64,000 nt of DNA from Fibrobacterales bacterium (GTDB lineage: Bacteria > Fibrobacterota > Fibrobacteria > Fibrobacterales > JAOPTW01): NCBI GenBank assembly GCA_051532055.1, contig JAOPTX010000032.1, positions 32,001 to 96,000 on the forward strand, written 5' to 3'. A program made the translations under genes and the position numbers. Under the pieces are notes generated by a model. That model saw only the letters and a program-made list of their open reading frames with translations, did no database searches and was not told the DNA's origin. Below are positions 9,649 to 17,337 of the stretch, piece by piece. The first letter of the stretch is position 1, and each line of letters begins with the position of its first letter.

Positions 9649-11244
9649 TTAGAGAAGGTAAGAGAGCCCGCCAGCAATCACACCATACACTACCATGGCT
9701 ATAGATGTTCTTTTTAGGATATACCCTTCACTATTTTGAAGTGCAAGTATTGAACATACTGCAACAATATTATTGATACAAACCATATTACCCATTGCAC
9801 CACCAGCTGATTGAAGCGCAAGTATTGTTGTACGATTGAGTCCAAGGTTACCCGAAATCGAATCTTGAATTCCTGCAAAGGTTAAGTTTGACACTGTATT
9901 TGAGCCTGAGAAAAATGACCCAAGCGCACCAAGATAGGCTGCAAAAAATTGCCAACTTTTACCGGTAACATCAGTAAAGAAATTCCCCATAAGTGCAACT
10001 GGCGAATTGTCACCGCCAGACATCATAAACTTCACAAAGATAAGCGCTGCAAAAAGAGCAAGAGCCGGATTTTTAAGTCGGGCAGTCGTTTCACCAAATA
10101 CCGCCTTCACATCGCTCTTACTACTTTTAAAAACCCAAAAGGTAATAAGTGAAATAAGCATAAAAGGCACGAGTGACGGCACATAGAGTAATTTATGACT
10201 CCAACTGTATTCGGTATAAAGGATGTCTTTAAGACCTACAACAAGAGCTGGACTTATGGTAAAGGTACCAAGACCACCGAGTGACAATGATGCATGAGGC
10301 TCCGTTAATGTGAGGAGACCTTTAAGGCCAAGACTTGAAATCCGGGTAACGATTAGTATTAGTAGCGTCCCCCAAAGCGGAAATGAGGCCTTAACTAATG
10401 CGCCCATTTTAACCGGTTCAGCTTTTTCAATACTCTGAGATGCGTGCGTATCACCAGAGTCTTTTAGTCCAATCCTCATTTTTGCAAAAATACCTGAGAA
10501 GATCAGCCCTGAAAAGCCACCAACTATAGAAGGAAACTCGTAGTTATATTTTGCAACAGCAACATACGGCACTACTGTAGCAAGAATACTGAGAAGTACG
10601 AATAACCAGTTAGCCTTAACTTCTTTTTTGGTTGCAACAAAAAGTAGCGCAATCCAAGGGATAACCAGCGCTGCAGATGCATTGATAATAGCCGACTTAA
10701 TACCAATTTCAGAAAGCTCTGCACTACTTAAAGTGAGTGCAGAAAAACCAAACCATGTTGGCGTACCGACTGCGCCAAATGAGACGGGCACTGAATTCAT
10801 AATTAAGGCAAGAATTGCAACGCGCATAGCAGGAAATCCAAGCCCAACAAGAAGCGGGGCAGCAATTGCTGCAGGTGTACCAAAGCCACTGGCACCTTCG
10901 ATTAAAAAGGGGAATGCCCATCCAACAATCATTAACTGTGCAATTCTATTATCAGTAATACCATTGAGCCATGCACGAATCGTATCCATTGCACCGGTCT
11001 GTTCCATAGTTTTAAAAAGAAGTATAGCACCCCAAATAATAAGAATAGGGGTCCATGAAGTTAAGAAGCCTTGAACCATTAGAGCCACAAGATCAATGAG
11101 ATTTCGATCAAACACAAAGACCATTACGAGAAACAGTGATACCGCCGCAATAGGTAATGCCTTATGCGACGGAACTGCATTCTTTTTTACCATCAACCAA
11201 ATAAGGAGGAGGAGGGGGATAAAAGACATTATAGTTTGAAGCAT
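9649..11244 (-). CDS. lldP: lactate permease (LctP/LldP family)
   Basis: Polytopic membrane protein; EGASGFGTPAAI, PVSFGAVGTP, FSGSNTVSNLTF, GGAMGNM. Confidence 0.92.
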   Translation of the reverse strand: MLQTIMSFIPLLLLIWLMVKKNAVPSHKALPIAAVSLFLVMVFVFDRNLIDLVALMVQGFLTSWTPILIIWGAILLFKTMEQTGAMDTIRAWLNGITDNRIAQLMIVGWAFPFLIEGASGFGTPAAIAAPLLVGLGFPAMRVAILALIMNSVPVSFGAVGTPTWFGFSALTLSSAELSEIGIKSAIINASAALVIPWIALLFVATKKEVKANWLFVLLSILATVVPYVAVAKYNYEFPSIVGGFSGLIFSGIFAKMRIGLKDSGDTHASQSIEKAEPVKMGALVKASFPLWGTLLILIVTRISSLGLKGLLTLTEPHASLSLGGLGTFTISPALVVGLKDILYTEYSWSHKLLYVPSLVPFMLISLITFWVFKSSKSDVKAVFGETTARLKNPALALFAALIFVKFMMSGGDNSPVALMGNFFTDVTGKSWQFFAAYLGALGSFFSGSNTVSNLTFAGIQDSISGNLGLNRTTILALQSAGGAMGNMVCINNIVAVCSILALQNSEGYILKRTSIAMVVYGVIAGGLSYLL

Positions 11245-12281
11245 CGTTTCTCCTTCTTTTCTTTATTTTTACAATCGTGTTCGCAACGGTAACAGATTTC
11301 ATTTTCCAACACCTCATTATTAAGATACTGGGTTATATTATGCAGTGTGGTCTCTGCAATTGCATGGAGTGCCTCTTTGGTGAAAAAAGCTTGGTGTGAC
11401 GTTATGAGTACATTAGGGAAACTCATGAGTCGTGCCAACACATCATCTTGAATGAGGTCAATTGAGTGGTCTTCGAAAAAATAATCGCCTTCCTCTTCAT
11501 ACACATCAAGACCAGCCGCGCCAATATTACCATGCTTTAAACCGTCAATAAGATCTTTTGTATTGATAAGACCACCACGGCCCGTATTTACAATAACCAC
11601 TCCCGGTTTCATCATACCAATAGAGAAGCGATTTATCATATGATAGGTATCTTTTGTAAGAGGACAGGTAAGGTTAATCACATCACTCTGTCTATAGAGG
11701 TCATCAAGTGATACATATTCTATACCTCTCTCTTGTGCATACTCTTCATCGGGGTATAGGTCATAGGCAAGGACACGCATACCAAACCCTTTTAAAATAT
11801 CGATCAGACAACGACCAATACGGCCTGTCCCAATAACACCCACTGACTTGCCATACATATCAAAGCCGAGAAGGCCATTAAGTGCAAAGTTACCTTCACG
11901 AGTACGCGTATACGCACGATAAATTTTTCTATTGAGTCCCATAAGAAGCGCAATGGTATGTTCTGCGACTGCATGAGGGCTATATGCAGGAACCCGTGCA
12001 ACATGCATTTTACCATAGGCCGCTTGCATATCGACATTGTTATACCCTGCACAACGCATCACAACAAGACGTGTTCCGTTGGCATACAGCTTTTCTATCA
12101 CCTCTTTACTTAAGGTGTCATTCACAAAAGCACACACAATTTCATGACCGTGCGCTAATTCTGCCGTCACTTCATTTAGCCGTGGTTCCATATAAGTGAT
12201 ATCAAGATCATGTGATCTATTGACATCTTTAAATGAAGTTTGGTCGTAGGGCTTCGCATCAAAAAGAGCAATTTTAGCCAT
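11229..12281 (-). CDS. ldhA: NAD-dependent D-lactate dehydrogenase (D-2-hydroxyacid dehydrogenase)
   Basis: RCAGYNNVD, RVPAYSPHAVAEH, GTGRIG, NTGRGGL, LDVYEEE, TSHQAFFT. Confidence 0.93.
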   Translation of the reverse strand: MAKIALFDAKPYDQTSFKDVNRSHDLDITYMEPRLNEVTAELAHGHEIVCAFVNDTLSKEVIEKLYANGTRLVVMRCAGYNNVDMQAAYGKMHVARVPAYSPHAVAEHTIALLMGLNRKIYRAYTRTREGNFALNGLLGFDMYGKSVGVIGTGRIGRCLIDILKGFGMRVLAYDLYPDEEYAQERGIEYVSLDDLYRQSDVINLTCPLTKDTYHMINRFSIGMMKPGVVIVNTGRGGLINTKDLIDGLKHGNIGAAGLDVYEEEGDYFFEDHSIDLIQDDVLARLMSFPNVLITSHQAFFTKEALHAIAETTLHNITQYLNNEVLENEICYRCEHDCKNKEKKEKRCFKL

Positions 12282-12339
12282 TATAGTTCCCTCAGTATCT
12301 CAATTTGGCCTAAAGATACCTTATCCACATTAATAGTCA

Positions 12340-12353
12340 TTGATACTGATCAA
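12340..12353 (-). promoter_or_regulatory. FNR/CRP-family binding box upstream of ldhA
   Basis: TTGAT-ACTG-ATCAA, exact match to TTGAT-N4-ATCAA, centred ~65 bp upstream of the ldhA ATG. Confidence 0.6.
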
Positions 12354-12517
12354 CAAAAGTTTGTATTCATTACAAGATTTCAAAGCTGTATTTATCTGTT
12401 AGAGTCTATGACTGTAACTACTGCAACACCAAAGATTTATACAAAGTCTTATTGCCAGTTTTTGAGTCTATTTTTAACATTTTCACTGTTACAAAATAAC
12501 AAGTTTTAATTGAGTAC

Positions 12518-12544
12518 AAAAAAAGGGAGCTTCGTAAAGCTCCC
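12518..12544 (-). terminator. intrinsic terminator
   Basis: GGGAGCTT-CGTA-AAGCTCCC stem with a 7-U tract on the minus strand. Confidence 0.75.
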
Positions 12545-12567
12545 CCATATTTCATTGAATTAGTCGA

Positions 12568-12780
12568 TTAAATAACCTCTACATCCACTTTTTTGATCCA
12601 AAACTGCTTTCGTCCGGTATCAATCTTTACTGCTGTAGGCTTAAGAGCCACGACCTTTGCAGCACCGGTATCATAGGGGCCCTCAAACATAACTCGATCA
12701 CCGATTTTAATATCTTGTTTTTTTCGGTTTTCTTCTTCATTTAAATCAATATCATTATCAAATTCATTTTCATCGCTCAT
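12568..12780 (-). CDS. small hypothetical protein, acidic N-terminus plus KOW/SH3-like strand pattern
   Basis: ATG 12780 after a GGGG RBS; IKIGDRVMF...GAAKVV pattern. Confidence 0.6.
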   Translation of the reverse strand: MSDENEFDNDIDLNEEENRKKQDIKIGDRVMFEGPYDTGAAKVVALKPTAVKIDTGRKQFWIKKVDVEVI

Positions 12781-12902
12781 TGTGCACCCCTTAAAAAAAC
12801 ACCTCTCTCCAGGCAAATGTAATAAAGAGTAGTAGAGAATTCCATTGTATGTAAGGTAAACTTTGGGTAACCAAACCATAGATTGAATGCATTAATCAGA
12901 CG

Positions 12903-13988
12903 TTACTGGGCAAATCTCAATGATACTGTTTCATGCCCCACTGAATCCCTCATTACATCTAAAACCTCAACCAAATACAGCCCCTTATCAGTTTGAGTAA
13001 CAAACTGCTGACCAACTGATTCTATTGTAATGTGATTCTTAGCTGGGACATGCTGAGCGTCACTCACTTTTTCAAAAAAGTTATTAAGTATCATAAAACG
13101 GCTTATATCACCTTTTTGTGTAATAGCCCTATCAACACCTAAAACATCGTAAAACTCTGTCTTCGAATAATTAAGTGAATCTTGAAGATATACATTTTCA
13201 ACTGACGCACTCAAATTCGTGCCCTCTTTCCCAGCATACTGCTTTAAAAAGTCTAGGGATGAAATCATAATGGTTGAATCGAAAGAAGTGATCATCATAT
13301 CAAGCTCACCTGATTTACTCTCAACCACTTGCCAATAAGGGTAGTTCGCATTGCTGTCAATATCAAACAGCGATTCAAATGCACCAGAGGCAAATGTAAC
13401 ATCAAAGTATTCTACTGCTTTTTGGTCTGTTGTGTCACAGTGGGTTTCTCCATCTATGTAAATTTGTTTAATAATTGATGCCCCATATGTTTCAACTCCA
13501 TATTTAATTGAATGGACTCTTGTATAAACACTTATTTTATAAATACCCGCACACAATTCCTTAGGCCTCAGTGTTACCGTTTGGGACAATACAGTTGAGT
13601 AACCTTCAACTATTGTATCTATAAAAAATAGAGAATCTATTTTTCCATATTCATCAAAATCATCATATTCGTACGTATAACCACTTGTACTTATCGGTAA
13701 TCTCTTATATGATGAATTCACACTCACTGCATGCTCATAATTGTTTTTGTGACCTTTATAAATGTCTGTTCTTGCCTCAACCACAATACTATCACCTGGA
13801 AACAAAACTGTTATTAGGGTATCTTCTTCATACTCTTTGTAATCTGTAGATTCGTCCCAACGAGTGGAATCAAATTTCATTGTTAAATAGTTACTCCAAT
13901 CCCTGTCAGGGCCATCAATCTCAGCATCAGCATTCTGAAGCTGACAACCTACCGCACACGCTGTAAGTAATAATATAATCCATTTCAT
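12903..13988 (-). CDS. hypothetical lipoprotein, last gene of the ECF/caspase operon
   Basis: Lipobox AVGC, AGGAG RBS, 10 bp downstream of the caspase gene. Confidence 0.7.
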   Translation of the reverse strand: MKWIILLLTACAVGCQLQNADAEIDGPDRDWSNYLTMKFDSTRWDESTDYKEYEEDTLITVLFPGDSIVVEARTDIYKGHKNNYEHAVSVNSSYKRLPISTSGYTYEYDDFDEYGKIDSLFFIDTIVEGYSTVLSQTVTLRPKELCAGIYKISVYTRVHSIKYGVETYGASIIKQIYIDGETHCDTTDQKAVEYFDVTFASGAFESLFDIDSNANYPYWQVVESKSGELDMMITSFDSTIMISSLDFLKQYAGKEGTNLSASVENVYLQDSLNYSKTEFYDVLGVDRAITQKGDISRFMILNNFFEKVSDAQHVPAKNHITIESVGQQFVTQTDKGLYLVEVLDVMRDSVGHETVSLRFAQ

Positions 13989-13998
13989 ATTTAACTCC

Positions 13999-15636
13999 TT
14001 AAAAGATATTAACGGTCAAACCAACCTGAGCACCCGGCCACATATACAACCCATCTGCAACATTATAAAACCTACCGTACGAACCACCCCATGGACGAGC
14101 TAAATATATGTGATCAAAATTTGCCAACAGATTTGCCGAAGCACCAAACCAAAAACTCACCCAATTCGTCACATCCACATCAACAATTCCAGACACGCGA
14201 GCAAGAAACTCATCATGGAATTCATTGTCCCATGGTTCCGCATACCAACTAGTAGACTCACCAGCCCCATCAAACCCCATATGGCCATTTGGCTCATAAT
14301 TACAATACAACCAATACCCCTGAAGCAACCCCTTTATTGAATACCAGCCTCTATCACTGCTATACCCCAATCCAACACCACCACTATAGTTCCCCCCAGC
14401 CTTATTATAGGGGTCATAGCCAAAACTTACCATACCAAACCATGGCCCTCTCTCCATACTCACATCTATATACCAAGTACCTAACTCCGAAAATGAACTC
14501 CCGACATTCAAACGATTCTTAATAGAATCACTTTTTGTCTGCAATAATTCTGCACTCACGCTGGTGCTATCAATAATATTTTCAGTAGATACGCCTCCCC
14601 CGCGCAACCGAGTATCTTCAACGGCACTCTCAGTAAAATCTTCCTCACTCAAAATCACTCGCACCACACCCTTTAGATCTGCCGTCGCCTTTTTCCATCT
14701 CGTATCATTCTCAAGGACAACAGTATACACTTCATTAGAAAGCCCCAACTCCACTATTCTTCCTGGAGCCTTATACATCTCGGTAACTAGCGTACCATCT
14801 TTTGACTTTACAAAGATTCTCCCTGCAACATTTTTACCAAAGACAATACCCTTATCATTATTTCTCAGATCAGACATTACAACGTCTCCAGATCCAGATA
14901 GTTTCATATCATAACTCGGGTGTTGCGCCCCACCAGATGTATTTTGTGTTCTATTCAACGTTTCGTTAAAGGCAAACTGATAGGCCTCCCCTAAGGTAAT
15001 TCTCCCATCACGACTCACATCAGCCGCCCCTCGCATACCCGACACAAGATAGTGAGTAAAGAATGAACCACCAATGGCCTCAGATTCTTGAGATGCCTCT
15101 GTATTAGAACTTGAAGTAATAAATGCATAGCCCGAAAGGTCATTTGAGGCATCAACCAAAAAGGCCTGTTTGCGATACCCACCCTTCATTTGTGTTATCG
15201 CCCCCGATGCGCACGCATCAAGAATCGTCACTTTCAGTTGCGCCGGAAGCTTATCAATATCTTTTCTGAGTACTCGATAATCGTAATTATCATTTCCAAA
15301 AAAAAGACCATTCTCATTTGCATGACCTGAAAAATAAAGGACAATCTCCCGCCGATTCTTTGTGGGCAGGCCATCCAAGCGAGCAGACAGATCGGTGAGT
15401 GCACTATTGAATTTTTCGGCACTGGGCTCAAGGAGCATTGTTTGGTTCTCTTTGGGGACACCCCCAATTTCTGTGAGTACCCGGCCAACATTTTGTGCAT
15501 CAGTGTGAGCATATTTTAAGAGGTCTCGTTTTGCACCGCCGTAGTTTACGCCAACTATGATTGCGTATCGCTCAATCTCTTGTAACGCGAAGAGGGATGA
15601 ACAAAGTATTAATATAAGACTTACACCTATTTTCAT
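13999..15636 (-). CDS. exported caspase-family (peptidase C14, metacaspase-like) protease with a C-terminal beta-rich domain
   Basis: Signal peptide; RYAIIVGVN, LKYAHTDA, catalytic YFSGHA and ILDACASG, GSFFTHYLVSGMRGAAD, QHPSY. Confidence 0.9.
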   Translation of the reverse strand: MKIGVSLILILCSSLFALQEIERYAIIVGVNYGGAKRDLLKYAHTDAQNVGRVLTEIGGVPKENQTMLLEPSAEKFNSALTDLSARLDGLPTKNRREIVLYFSGHANENGLFFGNDNYDYRVLRKDIDKLPAQLKVTILDACASGAITQMKGGYRKQAFLVDASNDLSGYAFITSSSNTEASQESEAIGGSFFTHYLVSGMRGAADVSRDGRITLGEAYQFAFNETLNRTQNTSGGAQHPSYDMKLSGSGDVVMSDLRNNDKGIVFGKNVAGRIFVKSKDGTLVTEMYKAPGRIVELGLSNEVYTVVLENDTRWKKATADLKGVVRVILSEEDFTESAVEDTRLRGGGVSTENIIDSTSVSAELLQTKSDSIKNRLNVGSSFSELGTWYIDVSMERGPWFGMVSFGYDPYNKAGGNYSGGVGLGYSSDRGWYSIKGLLQGYWLYCNYEPNGHMGFDGAGESTSWYAEPWDNEFHDEFLARVSGIVDVDVTNWVSFWFGASANLLANFDHIYLARPWGGSYGRFYNVADGLYMWPGAQVGLTVNIF

Positions 15637-15694
15637 ACTGTTCCCTTAGTAATAAAATCGTAATTAAGTTTTTTCTCTATTTTTTTGTGAGCGG

Positions 15695-16477
15695 TCATAA
15701 ATTACTTTTCACCTCACCCTTTACCAACACAATTTTCTCAACTTGAAATATCTCATCTTGAGTGATAGTGTTCAAAATGTTATTTTGATTTACATCCAAA
15801 TACGTGTCAACATCAAAGCTATCTGAACTCAAAACCATATAAAAGATCTCATGAGACGGCGCATCATCAAGTTGGTATGAAAAGGGAAGAAGTCGCTTGA
15901 GAGAACCCAGCTTCACCGAACTTCCATCTTCTTTTGCCAGATGATGAGTCACCACACCATTACCATCAACTGAAAATATCACGCCATGACACTTTTCCGT
16001 TACCACATACTCAAGCTGAAACTCGTCACCCGCACTCACAAGCATACTATCTCTCATAAGACTCGAACCCAACCGTGTCTTTTTGTACACATTAAGCTGA
16101 GCATCTAATCCTTTAATGCGCACAACCTCTGCTGTAGTACTCGTCATTCGACCCTCAAAAGGACTCATTGATTTATAAGTAACCGTCACCCCAAAGGCCA
16201 TAATAAGGGTTACCAATATCCCCTTAGCAAAAGTCACAAATGCAACACCCTTTCTTTTTTTATGGATACTCTTACGGTGAGCACGCTCTTGCCGAATCAC
16301 CCCCTCCATAGCCACATAGGGAAACCGCTCTCTCAGATCATGGTTATTCTGCTCCAACAATACCACACGACGCTGTAATTCTGCATCATTAGAAATTTTG
16401 CTCTTTAACTCCACAGACTCTGACTTCGAGAGATCTCCCAATAAATATTGTTCTAAAGTAAAATCATCATACTTCAT
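15695..16477 (-). CDS. putative membrane anti-sigma factor (ActD-like / DUF4384-like periplasmic domain)
   Basis: N-terminal LEQYLLGDL helical anti-sigma-like domain, one TM, then RIKG, AGDEFQLEY, IFSVDGNGVVTHH, SYQLDDAP; overlaps the sigma gene. Confidence 0.75.
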   Translation of the reverse strand: MKYDDFTLEQYLLGDLSKSESVELKSKISNDAELQRRVVLLEQNNHDLRERFPYVAMEGVIRQERAHRKSIHKKRKGVAFVTFAKGILVTLIMAFGVTVTYKSMSPFEGRMTSTTAEVVRIKGLDAQLNVYKKTRLGSSLMRDSMLVSAGDEFQLEYVVTEKCHGVIFSVDGNGVVTHHLAKEDGSSVKLGSLKRLLPFSYQLDDAPSHEIFYMVLSSDSFDVDTYLDVNQNNILNTITQDEIFQVEKIVLVKGEVKSNL

Positions 16478-16949
16478 AAGTAAATGCCTCCCTCGAAAAC
16501 TCCTGCAATTTCTTTAACCGTTTCCTTACAGCAGGAATTGACATTTTAAAAAACATTGCAACGTCTTCTACCTTCCAGCCATCCCGATAATGCATCACCG
16601 CCATTGCTGCACTTTTTTCATCATTTCGCGATAACACTTTATTCAGAAATGACCTTTCGTTCACAATGGTCAAGGTACACTGCGCATCTGCTATGAGCTC
16701 AAGAGCGGGCTCTTCACACTTTATTTTTGAATCCCTAATCATATTCAATGCTCTATTAGTCGCCATGGTATACAGAAGACTCGAAGGTTGAGTAACATCA
16801 AGAACCTCCCATTTAGTGTGCACTGTCAAGAACGTATCATGCATACAATCCGCCGCCATCTCTTCATTTTTTAACATCGAATAACAACGCCGATATACCA
16901 TCGGACTATACTGTGTATAGAGCTTTTCGAATGTTGTTTTGTTTTTCAT
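16467..16949 (-). CDS. ECF RNA polymerase sigma factor
   Basis: Region 2 (LYTQYSPMVYRRCYSML...AADCMHDTF...LYTMATNRALN) and region 4 HTH (DGWKVEDVA...AVRKRL). Confidence 0.9.
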   Translation of the reverse strand: MKNKTTFEKLYTQYSPMVYRRCYSMLKNEEMAADCMHDTFLTVHTKWEVLDVTQPSSLLYTMATNRALNMIRDSKIKCEEPALELIADAQCTLTIVNERSFLNKVLSRNDEKSAAMAVMHYRDGWKVEDVAMFFKMSIPAVRKRLKKLQEFSREAFTYEV

Positions 16950-17337
16950 CTATATCTTAAACACATGAATATGTAGAAAAGAAACCACTTCTCTATTTTT
17001 TTTGCGAAATGTAGTAAATCACCCTATTTCAGTTATTAAACCTATCATAAACGCCGCATTAATAGACCCACCCTAATAAAAAAGGAACATTATCCCATTT
17101 ATACTTAAACATCAAAACCCCAATAAAACACTACGAACACACCTTAAACACCTTTTTAAACATTTATAGGCCAAATTGTCTCCCTTTTCTATAAACACCC
17201 ATTATCAATAAACCAATAATGTTCTAAAGTTCTTTAAACAATAAATGACTTGAATCTGAATGGCCTGTCTTTGAAACATTTGACGCTTACACACCCTCAT
17301 TCAAGCCAGCATAAATGAACAACAAAAGGAACCAATC

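Noticed and set aside
12321..12329. Perfect DnaA box TTATCCACA
   Set aside because: Single copy, no cluster and no dnaA context; not an origin
13999..16949. Caspase plus sigma as a CRISPR type III or CBASS-type effector module
   Set aside because: No cas genes, array, cyclase, SAVED or CARF domain in the window, and the protease is exported
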